Positions 48,401-55,172 of a DNA stretch of 64,000 bases are shown here, in pieces; positions within the stretch are counted from its first letter, which is position 1; every line of letters starts with the position of its first letter. This DNA is from a bacterium. GTDB lineage: Bacteria > Patescibacteriota > Minisyncoccia > Phycocordibacterales > VMGT01. The stretch covers positions 1,141-65,140 of the forward strand of contig JAUYPI010000004.1 in the NCBI GenBank assembly GCA_030697645.1, written 5' to 3'. The notes below the pieces were generated by a model. It did not search any database. It was not told where the DNA came from and saw nothing but the letters and a program-made list of their open reading frames with translations. The translations under genes and the position numbers were made by a program.

Positions 48401-49146
48401 TGAATACCGCTCCCGGAACCTACACGAACAGCGCCTACGTGAAGGCCTACGACGGCCATCCCTCGCTTGATCCATTTTACGGTTCTGCCGCGGATTCTCC
48501 GACGGTGACAAGCACGGTTGAGATCAGCAGCGCTTCGGTTTCGTCTGGCTCCTCTGGTACGGGAGGTGGAGGCGCGAACACGACGACGACAAATACAACA
48601 AACACGAATTCGACGGGCACAACACCGCCACCCGCGGCACCCGTGCCGCTATCCCAGAACGAGACCGCGAGCTCGACTAGCGCGACCACAAGCAGCACGC
48701 CCACCACCACTCCGCGAGCGACCTCCTTCAGAGCGACGGCTATCGCAGCAGCGCCAGCGCCGACGAATCCCATTGCCGCGGCGCTCTCGCCTTTCTCGCC
48801 CGCCTTGCTCGGGGCCACCCTCCCTGCGCCAAGTGGCACTCCGGCGTTTGAAGATTTTGAAGATTCAGGTGCCGCCCGCGCGGCGGTGCGAGAGAGCGGT
48901 ATCGCCCGGGAGCGGATTCTTCCTACACTGTCCTCTACGGGCGCGGAACCAGCAAGCGAGACATCGGGAGCACTCACCTCGCGAGACGAGGGGTCGCTTA
49001 CACCCCTCTCTGGCCTCGCGCACGCGGCAGCGGCATTTCTCGCGAGTCTCCCCATTCCGGCATCCATATTTTTGCCGATATTTCTCTTGGTCCTTGTGCT
49101 TGTTGGCATGCTGCTCTTCACTCGTCCTTCTGGCGCCCGGGCATAG
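45400..49146 (+). CDS. giant (1248 aa) cell-surface repeat protein with collagen-like G-X-Y tract, repeated beta modules and C-terminal TM anchor
   Basis: Signal peptide; GERGTDGTDGTDGADGRDRGERGTRDGSDGEDGG; >=4 copies of module ...TSGNALAAANILNIANTNVIGANWMLALVNIFGDWSGNL...; DUF11/CARDB-like segment; C-terminal hydrophobic anchor LPIFLLVLVLVGMLLF. Confidence 0.65.
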   Translation: MSFLSSGFFNTAFVRRVLAGVMVVALLMVSAVPLSVIAEDGGGDVVATEATLGERGTDGTDGTDGADGRDRGERGTRDGSDGEDGGTGEGGEDGSGDESGTEGTSPGDGTSGEDGTGTEETPDGADGTSSSDTGNQSTSGEGDTSITTGAATAVTDVTTKGNVNSTDTEALSEDGSGNIDGSGSANGGGGGTTDSGSETPPAADDAADDADAHTRDDRRDSKVLDKRPRDSATTTSLETIIESENDITVANENETLASSGLNSAGGSGSVSVTTGTSTAFANILNAVNVNLVNSSGLMLFFNSLFGSLGTLDLRTALGGDDALIGGGIFGEREPSIGTCTFSGCAGDVSTRIYASSTARILNDIIVRSIAGQNVATTSGELARIDSGDALAGANVVNVANTNIVNSNYLLLALNAFGDWAGDLVFPNGDFFKQIFGGGARGSGDIEEDEEGSEAHSLVASTTIASTNTAGVENELDVDARSGGNAATSTLGSAEIETGSSAALSQVVNRLNQNIIGGNSMLVLLQIHGDWAGNLFNVPEGILWERTPGGVAIWNDPNYAGGAVGAGTSGSSEGEEGSLGVIEDALVPLSELTVSRGDREARRAARDASDEERRGTTTTEILHQNVAEIANNVKVLALTGENRAQSVGDSLITSGNALAAANILNIANTNVIGANWMLALVNIFGDWSGNLSFGEPDLWIGTTVDAPRSPLEAGDELTYHFTVANRGDARASNVWLNARATGDLIAFDRSFTDSLGDAHFYLGTLAPGDVRELSLTGHLDTPLPFGRHTIDHTFAIASYEPETNRADNTETLSLFAFGGEAPATGSSTGSGESGSGAGSGSGESGSGAGSGGSDVSAGGGSSDESAGGGSGSGGSDGGIGTGDTNSGGNTGSTGGSSGGSQSGSGGASSGGSGGGGGGIYYTPPADLEIEKRNGATSPVPAGSSVDYTVVIQNDGLGEAYHAVLVDVLKDKDGTVIHEESWSLETIYPSEEVTVKYTIEFSLNTAPGTYTNSAYVKAYDGHPSLDPFYGSAADSPTVTSTVEISSASVSSGSSGTGGGGANTTTTNTTNTNSTGTTPPPAAPVPLSQNETASSTSATTSSTPTTTPRATSFRATAIAAAPAPTNPIAAALSPFSPALLGATLPAPSGTPAFEDFEDSGAARAAVRESGIARERILPTLSSTGAEPASETSGALTSRDEGSLTPLSGLAHAAAAFLASLPIPASIFLPIFLLVLVLVGMLLFTRPSGARA

Positions 49147-49176
49147 GCCCATGGCTCGTCATGGCGCACGGCGTAT

Positions 49177-49355
49177 TAGACCTCTTGCATAACCCGCTCC
49201 TGCTGCGATTTTTGATTTTTGGCTGCGACTTCGTCGGACTTCGCAAAATGGTTCTCGCCGTACAACAAGTACGCCGTCGAACCATTTTGCTTGTCTTCCT
49301 CGTCTCGCTCAAAAATCAAAAATCTCGCCACGAAACGGGTTATGTAAGAGGTCTA
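49177..49355. repeat. ~180-bp TIR-bounded palindromic element, copy 6
   Basis: Right boundary of the surface-protein island; forward orientation. Confidence 0.85.
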
Positions 49356-49392
49356 TTGACAGCGCGTTTTGTATTGCTACACTATGGTTATT

Positions 49393-50082
49393 ATGGCAGA
49401 CGAAAGGGACAAGCGGAATTTTGAAAGACGAGAGGGCGCAGTGCGGCCGCCGTTTGAGAGTGGGCCGCGAAACATCTCCTACCAACCATCATCGAATCAG
49501 TCTATGCCCATGGAACCAAAAAATAATCCGACGACAAAAGTAATCGTTATTTTCGTGCTAGGATTTGTGGCAGGTTTTGCCGTCTCGCAAACTTTCCTTA
49601 CCGAGCCACCGGGCGGCAGCGCGACGAACGATCGTACCCGCGAGCTAACTTCAGGAGTTGACAAGAGTCCGCTCGAGAGCGACACGCGTGGCTTGCCGGC
49701 GCCGGACGGCGTCGCCACAGAAGAGAATGATACAGTAGAGCCGAGCGGCGAGATCGTCTCTGGTCCGAGCGCGATCACGATTGAGAGTCAGCCAGCAGGT
49801 GAAACGGTCGCAATCAAGCGATTGGTGCTCGGCGAGCGGGGTTGGGTCGTGATCCACGAAGACGAGCGGGGGAGACCGGGACGGATTCTCGGTGCGGGCC
49901 GCTTTCTGGCTGGCGTACACGCAGATGTACCCGTCGAGCTCTTGCGGAGCACGGAATCCGGCGGCGTTTACTATGGCATGATTCACACTGACGATGGTGA
50001 TGATTTGTTCGACGCAAAGCTGGACGCGCATCTCCCCGACGAGACCGGCAGTCCGATCATGGTGCGGTTCAGCGCGTTGTAA
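49393..50082 (+). CDS. hypothetical membrane-anchored protein
   Basis: Single TM helix then Thr/Glu-rich linker and a globular C-terminal domain. Confidence 0.45.
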   Translation: MADERDKRNFERREGAVRPPFESGPRNISYQPSSNQSMPMEPKNNPTTKVIVIFVLGFVAGFAVSQTFLTEPPGGSATNDRTRELTSGVDKSPLESDTRGLPAPDGVATEENDTVEPSGEIVSGPSAITIESQPAGETVAIKRLVLGERGWVVIHEDERGRPGRILGAGRFLAGVHADVPVELLRSTESGGVYYGMIHTDDGDDLFDAKLDAHLPDETGSPIMVRFSAL

Positions 50083-50181
50083 GGAGCGTGTATTTTGTAG
50101 CGTGTATTTTGTATTGCGAAAATGCGAGATACAACATACACCATACAGATGTAAACCCCCGAGATGACTCGGGATTTTTTT

Positions 50182-51453
50182 ATGAAAAATCACCGGAATA
50201 AAAACTCACGCCGCGCATCGTTCGTATACCTTGACTACGCGGCCACGACGCCAGTTGACACAGAGGTCTTAAAAAAGATGGCACCCTATTTTGCGGCACG
50301 GTTCGCAAACCCCGCGTCACTCCACGCGCCCGGACGCGAGGCGAAAGTTGCGCTCGAGCAGGCGCGCAGCTCGCTTGCGCTGATCCTCGGCGCCGAACCG
50401 CACGAGATTGTGTTTACGAGCTCTGCCACCGAGAGCAACAATCTTGCGCTGAAGGGGGTCGCCCGTGCGTACCGCGAGCACGGCAAGCACATCGTCGTCT
50501 CGGCGATTGAGCATGCATGCGTGCTCGAAGCTGCCCGCGCGCTTGAGCGTGAAGGGTTTGCGCTCACCGTTGTACCTGTGGACCGGAGCGGGCGCGTGAG
50601 CGCGGAAGCAGTTGCTGCTGTGGTTCGCTCCGATACTATTCTCGTCTCAGTGATGCACGCGAACAACGAAATCGGCACCATGCAGCCGATTAAAGAGATA
50701 GCGAGACTGGTGCAAAAGGAGAGAGCGAGGCGAGAGCCAGCTGCACTGGATAGACAGTCACGAACGACGAGGGATCGGTCACTCGTAACTCGTAACTGGC
50801 TTACGCCGCCGTTTTTTCATTCTGACGCGGTGCAGACTTTCGGACGGTTACCGGTTCGCGTGCGCGAGCTCGGTGTTGATCTTCTCACCTGCTCCTCGCA
50901 CAAAATTTACGGGCCAAAAGGCGCGGCACTCCTCTATGTGCGGGGTGGTATTAAGATCGAGCCGCTCCTCCACGGAGGGGGACACGAAGACGGTAGGCGC
51001 TCGTCAACAGTAAATGTTCCCGCTATCGTTGGCTTTGCCGAGGCGGCCGCTATCGCCGAGCGCGCACGGGAGCGGGAGAGTCGTCGAGTTCTCGAGCTCT
51101 CGAACCGGCTCATCCAGCTGATGCGGCAGGTAGTTCCCGATGTGGTGTTCAACGGCGAGATGGAGATGCGCGTGCCGCATATCCTCAACGCGCGGATCCC
51201 TGGAGTCTCTGGCGAAGCGCTCCTCTTTGCGCTCGAGGAACGCGGGTTTGCAGTCTCCGTCGCTTCAGGATGCAGTGCACTGAAGCTCACGCCCTCGCAC
51301 GTGCTCCTCGCGTGCGGCCTTTCAAAGGAGCAGACATTTGAGTCCATCCGCATCTCGCTCGGTCGGGGAACGCGCGCGAGTGACATTCAAAAGTTTGTAA
51401 AAGCGTTTGCGGCGTCGGTGGAGAAGGCGCGAGCACTGAGCAGTAGGCAGTAG
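50182..51453 (+). CDS. cysteine desulfurase (class V aminotransferase, NifS/IscS family) with a ~35-aa insertion
   Basis: YLDYAATTP, PLP-lysine motif SSHKIYGPKG, active-site SGCSA; unusual insert KERARREPAALDRQSRTTRDRSLVTRNWLTPP. Confidence 0.85.
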   Translation: MKNHRNKNSRRASFVYLDYAATTPVDTEVLKKMAPYFAARFANPASLHAPGREAKVALEQARSSLALILGAEPHEIVFTSSATESNNLALKGVARAYREHGKHIVVSAIEHACVLEAARALEREGFALTVVPVDRSGRVSAEAVAAVVRSDTILVSVMHANNEIGTMQPIKEIARLVQKERARREPAALDRQSRTTRDRSLVTRNWLTPPFFHSDAVQTFGRLPVRVRELGVDLLTCSSHKIYGPKGAALLYVRGGIKIEPLLHGGGHEDGRRSSTVNVPAIVGFAEAAAIAERARERESRRVLELSNRLIQLMRQVVPDVVFNGEMEMRVPHILNARIPGVSGEALLFALEERGFAVSVASGCSALKLTPSHVLLACGLSKEQTFESIRISLGRGTRASDIQKFVKAFAASVEKARALSSRQ

Positions 51454-51496
51454 GCAGCAAGCGTACGACACGGTGCTTGTCGCTTGATGCGTGCTG

Positions 51497-53233
51497 CTAC
51501 AAAAACAGCCGTGCAACCCGTAACTCCTCGTACGAATACTTTTCCTCGAGCGCCTCGCGAGCAGGTGCGAGCCGCATACCATCTGATTGAGACAGCACTG
51601 CGGTCATCGCGGCAAGATCGAGGGCAGGCGGCGCGAGGTGCGTGATATCCGGCAGTACGTCTCCTGTCTTCATGCGCTCGAGATGGGCGAGAATGGTCGA
51701 GACGGCAAGGCCGCGCTCTGTGGCGATCCTTTTGATCGAAAATTTTTTCTCGAGCAGTCTGCGCGTTTCAACGAGTGTGGACCCCGGGCTCTGCGTTTTG
51801 CGTCCATGCCCGCCATGCGTGTGCCGCAGGTCTGCGCGGGCGCGGACATCTCCCGTGTCTCGCGCAGTGCGTTTCTTTCCGCCGAGCACGTCAACGAGAA
51901 TTCGCTCTTGCTCCGCGCGTTTACTTTCTTCGCTATATTCCGCAATCGCTCGACGAGCCTCATCGGAGAGTGAGCGAAGCGTCGTGTCGTAGGTGAGCAC
52001 GTCGGGGGCGATCATGAGCGCGACTTCGTTGAGACCCATGAGCTTCAGACCGGAGAGCGAACGCACGCGCGAGAGCGCAACATAGCCCATGCCCGGCGTG
52101 AACGCCCGAGAGAGGTCAATCTCGGCGCTGTCCAGCGTCATGCCTTGGCTCTTGTGTACCGTGATCGCCCACGCAAGTCGCAGGGGAATTTGCTCGAGCT
52201 TTGCCAAGACGCGGCCGTCTTCCTCGAGTCGCCATTCTTCTTCGAGGACGAGTATGCTCCGTCCATCGCTTGTGCGCACGAGCGGCAGCGCTGTTTTTTG
52301 CTCAAAGCTCTCGACGCGGCCGAGCGTGCCGTTCACATAGCCCGCCTCGGGATTATTTTTTACAAACATCACCGCGGCGCCGCGCTTGAGCTCAAGCTCC
52401 TCCGGAGCAAGGCAGCCTGCCTTGAGGCTTTCGACGAGCCGCTTGCGGCCCGCTGTGCTCATGGTGTAGCGCTCGCTTTTTCCCTCGATTTTCGCGAGCT
52501 CGTGGGCATTCAGAGCGTCAACGTCTACATTATGCGTGTAGAGTTTCGTCGGTACCGCGCCAGTGTGCGGCTCTCGCCTGTAGCGTGTGCGGAGCGGTAC
52601 TTTGGTGTGCTCGCCTGCTGTGCCGCTCCGAATATCGTTCAAGACAGAAAGGAGCGGGTCATTGCCCTGGCGATGCTGCTCGGTCAAATAGCAAACGAGG
52701 AAGTTGCCCCTCTGCCACGCTTCTCCCGAAAAGACATAGCGCGCCGGTGCAGAGTCACGCGTCACCGGCGGCAGTTGGAAGAAGTCGCCACAGAGCACGG
52801 TCTGGAGGCCCCCGAATGGAAGTGCTGTCCGGCGCACATGACGAGAGAGGCGGTCAACGAGATCGAGCTGGTGCGCATGGAGCATCGAGATCTCATCTAT
52901 GATCAAGACGCGCGCATCGCGGATTCGTGGCCCCGCCCTGCTGCGCTCAGCGATGCGCTCGAGCTCGTCTTCGGCGAGCACATCGCTGACGCCGATGCCG
53001 GACCAACTATGAATAGTCATCCCGCCGAGATGCGTTGCGGCGATGCCGGTCGAGGCGCTGACGCCAAGTGCGACGTCGTGCTCCTTGAGATAGGAGATGT
53101 AGGCATTGAGCACATACGTCTTGCCGCTCCCGGCCGCGCCGGTGAGGAAGACATTGTGTCCCAACTTCAGAATGTCGAGTGCCTCGCTCTGTCGCATAAC
53201 GCCCATCCTATCGCGCTGCTTACGGAGCGGCAA
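51497..53233 (-). CDS. PIF1/RecD-like SF1B DNA helicase with C-terminal HTH domain
   Basis: Walker A GAAGSGKT, Walker B LIIDEISM, QLPPV motif, AAA_30/UvrD_C_2-like layout; C-terminal HTH-like tail. Confidence 0.7.
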   Translation of the reverse strand: MPLRKQRDRMGVMRQSEALDILKLGHNVFLTGAAGSGKTYVLNAYISYLKEHDVALGVSASTGIAATHLGGMTIHSWSGIGVSDVLAEDELERIAERSRAGPRIRDARVLIIDEISMLHAHQLDLVDRLSRHVRRTALPFGGLQTVLCGDFFQLPPVTRDSAPARYVFSGEAWQRGNFLVCYLTEQHRQGNDPLLSVLNDIRSGTAGEHTKVPLRTRYRREPHTGAVPTKLYTHNVDVDALNAHELAKIEGKSERYTMSTAGRKRLVESLKAGCLAPEELELKRGAAVMFVKNNPEAGYVNGTLGRVESFEQKTALPLVRTSDGRSILVLEEEWRLEEDGRVLAKLEQIPLRLAWAITVHKSQGMTLDSAEIDLSRAFTPGMGYVALSRVRSLSGLKLMGLNEVALMIAPDVLTYDTTLRSLSDEARRAIAEYSEESKRAEQERILVDVLGGKKRTARDTGDVRARADLRHTHGGHGRKTQSPGSTLVETRRLLEKKFSIKRIATERGLAVSTILAHLERMKTGDVLPDITHLAPPALDLAAMTAVLSQSDGMRLAPAREALEEKYSYEELRVARLFL

Positions 53234-53340
53234 ATGCCCGTCATTCTATTGAAGTCCATTGAAGCCTCCTAATTTTTCGTCATTATGTAACTACTCAGGT
53301 ACAGTCGTCGTTGTGTGCAACACCGAGTGTTCAATAGTGT

Positions 53341-53832
53341 TCAGCATTTTTGTTTACGCGGGGACTGTGATACGACTGCCATCCACCGCAGCGAGATGTC
53401 TGAGAGCGTGCGGGGGTAGTAGATGTTGTCGTAGTCGAACCAGAGACGCATGAACGTGTGCTTCGGCAGACGGCGCACGCTGCTCACTTCAGGGTCTGCG
53501 ATGTAGATGTGCTCGGCGGTGGCGCGGTCGAGCACACTGAAGTGCCCGCGATGCCCTTCGAGCATCCATGCAAGGATGATGAGCCGCCGCTCGGTGTTCA
53601 GCCGTCGGAGGTCTTGCCAGGAGGCGCGTTTTCGCGTCTTCACCGAGAGCCCGAGGCGGCGGAGCGTGCGGAGGAGCTCATCGTTCGTGAGCCCGCCGCG
53701 CTCCCGTGCGCGCGTGAGGCGGTCAATATATGAGAGTGAATAAGGCAGGCCGAAGTAATCGGCCGCCATTTTGATGCAGATGGGGCCGCAGCTCCTGGCG
53801 TGGGGCGGGTTGAGGGGGAGGACCTTGGGCAT
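53341..53832 (-). CDS. peptidase C39-like domain protein
   Basis: Start set at MPKVLPL; Cys-containing N-terminal motif (CGPICIKMAADYFGLPYS) and downstream His (GHFSVLD) consistent with the papain-like C39 fold. Confidence 0.45.
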   Translation of the reverse strand: MPKVLPLNPPHARSCGPICIKMAADYFGLPYSLSYIDRLTRARERGGLTNDELLRTLRRLGLSVKTRKRASWQDLRRLNTERRLIILAWMLEGHRGHFSVLDRATAEHIYIADPEVSSVRRLPKHTFMRLWFDYDNIYYPRTLSDISLRWMAVVSQSPRKQKC

Positions 53833-53924
53833 CGCAGCACCATTGTGCTCGAGAGTGCCGAGAGCGGCAAGACTTGACAGGAGGCAGGCCACTTGGGGAA
53901 CAGGTCTGTCAAACGCCGGAGGGT

Positions 53925-54010
53925 TCGGTTTGGGCGTGCCCCAAAATCCCAAACACGCACGTCGTGTTTGGAGATTGAATTTTGAGTATTGTGATTTGTT
54001 TGGAGACGGG
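53925..54010. repeat. modular palindromic element fragment (cccaaacacgcacgtcgtgtttgg core + tttgg arrays)
   Basis: Same core family as 19944-20103; upstream of the C39-like gene. Confidence 0.5.
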
Positions 54011-54154
54011 TTTTTTGGAGCTTGGGGTTTTCTCACGGCGGGGGACATCCGATGTCCCGCAGTTGATGTTCCGCATTCGATTCCTGACAGTTTTTTGCCC
54101 CGGAAGCGGTAAACTTCCGGGGCGTTAGGGGCATGTGCAAGTGGTGGAGAAACG

Positions 54155-54730
54155 CTATGCGCCCGATCTGTAGATTTCGTGGAATCGCTCCGCGGTGAGG
54201 CGCATTTCGAACTCGTCAACGTAGTTCGTGCCGTCCCATGACCACTCGGGGCGACGGCCGTACTCTTCAAATCCGAACTTAGAAAAAAGCTTCCGGCCAT
54301 GTACGTTCGTCTCGAAGACGTAGCAGTAGAGAAAACGCAGACGGAGATGCCTAAAGGCAAAGCGCGAGAGCGACCGGAGCGCCTCCTGCGCGATGCCCTT
54401 ACCTCGCTCGCTGGGTGCGATGATTAAGCGGCTTACCTTTGCGCGGTGGTGGTAGCCGGCATCAATGCTGGTGAGCATGACCGAGCCGACATGGGTGTGG
54501 TCACTTTCCCGCACGATGGTATAGATCATCGTGTGTAGATCGTCTGCCGAGCGGTGGAGGAATTGGAGTTCCTCGACCACACTATTGTGACTGTGCACCG
54601 GATCAAGAAAACGCCGCGTCTCGGGCGGCTTGGTCAGTGCGAGATAGTGGTCAAAGTCTGTTTTTTCGCTATAGCGGTAGAGCGCTATCGTTCCTTCGCC
54701 TGGGAGGCGATCTTGCATATTGTAGTGCAT
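54155..54730 (-). CDS. GNAT family N-acetyltransferase (RimJ/RimL-like)
   Basis: Acetyl-CoA motif A region (IAPSERGKGIAQEAL) and GNAT length; start at MHYNMQ. Confidence 0.65.
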   Translation of the reverse strand: MHYNMQDRLPGEGTIALYRYSEKTDFDHYLALTKPPETRRFLDPVHSHNSVVEELQFLHRSADDLHTMIYTIVRESDHTHVGSVMLTSIDAGYHHRAKVSRLIIAPSERGKGIAQEALRSLSRFAFRHLRLRFLYCYVFETNVHGRKLFSKFGFEEYGRRPEWSWDGTNYVDEFEMRLTAERFHEIYRSGA

Positions 54731-54837
54731 CGCGAAACTCCTTGTGTGTGAGAGTGAGACATTGGTCCTCTGTCGGGGATCTTCAGTCCGTCGAAAGTAA
54801 AGCACGCAATATTCTCGAGCGCAAGGGTTCGTTGAGT

Positions 54838-55005
54838 AAGTGCTCACACCCCCTCACAAGGCATCGTAACAGAGCCGTCTTTGCGAGGAGCGGAGCGATC
54901 CCACGCTATGCTCTGGACAGGCTCCGCAATCCAGAGCGAGTAACGTAAAACCCCTGGATTGCTTCGCTCCTTTCAGTCGCTCGCAAAGACGAGTGTGAGC
55001 ACTTA
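54838..55005. repeat. nested palindromic element, GIY-YIG-associated family
   Basis: gtcgtaacagagccgtctttgcgaggagcg...ctggattgcttcgctcc...cgcaaagacgagtgtgagcact. Confidence 0.7.
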
Positions 55006-55172
55006 CTTCGTTTGCAGGAAATTTATGCCATTTCGTCACCAATTTAGAGCGATCGCATAAAATTGGTGACGATGAGAAACGGAAAGCGTGCAAAGCGTGC
55101 AGTGGCCCTCGGCGCCGTACCTGTCTCTGATTTGCAAATGCAAATTTTATTCGTGCCTGCTACTATCGGTCT

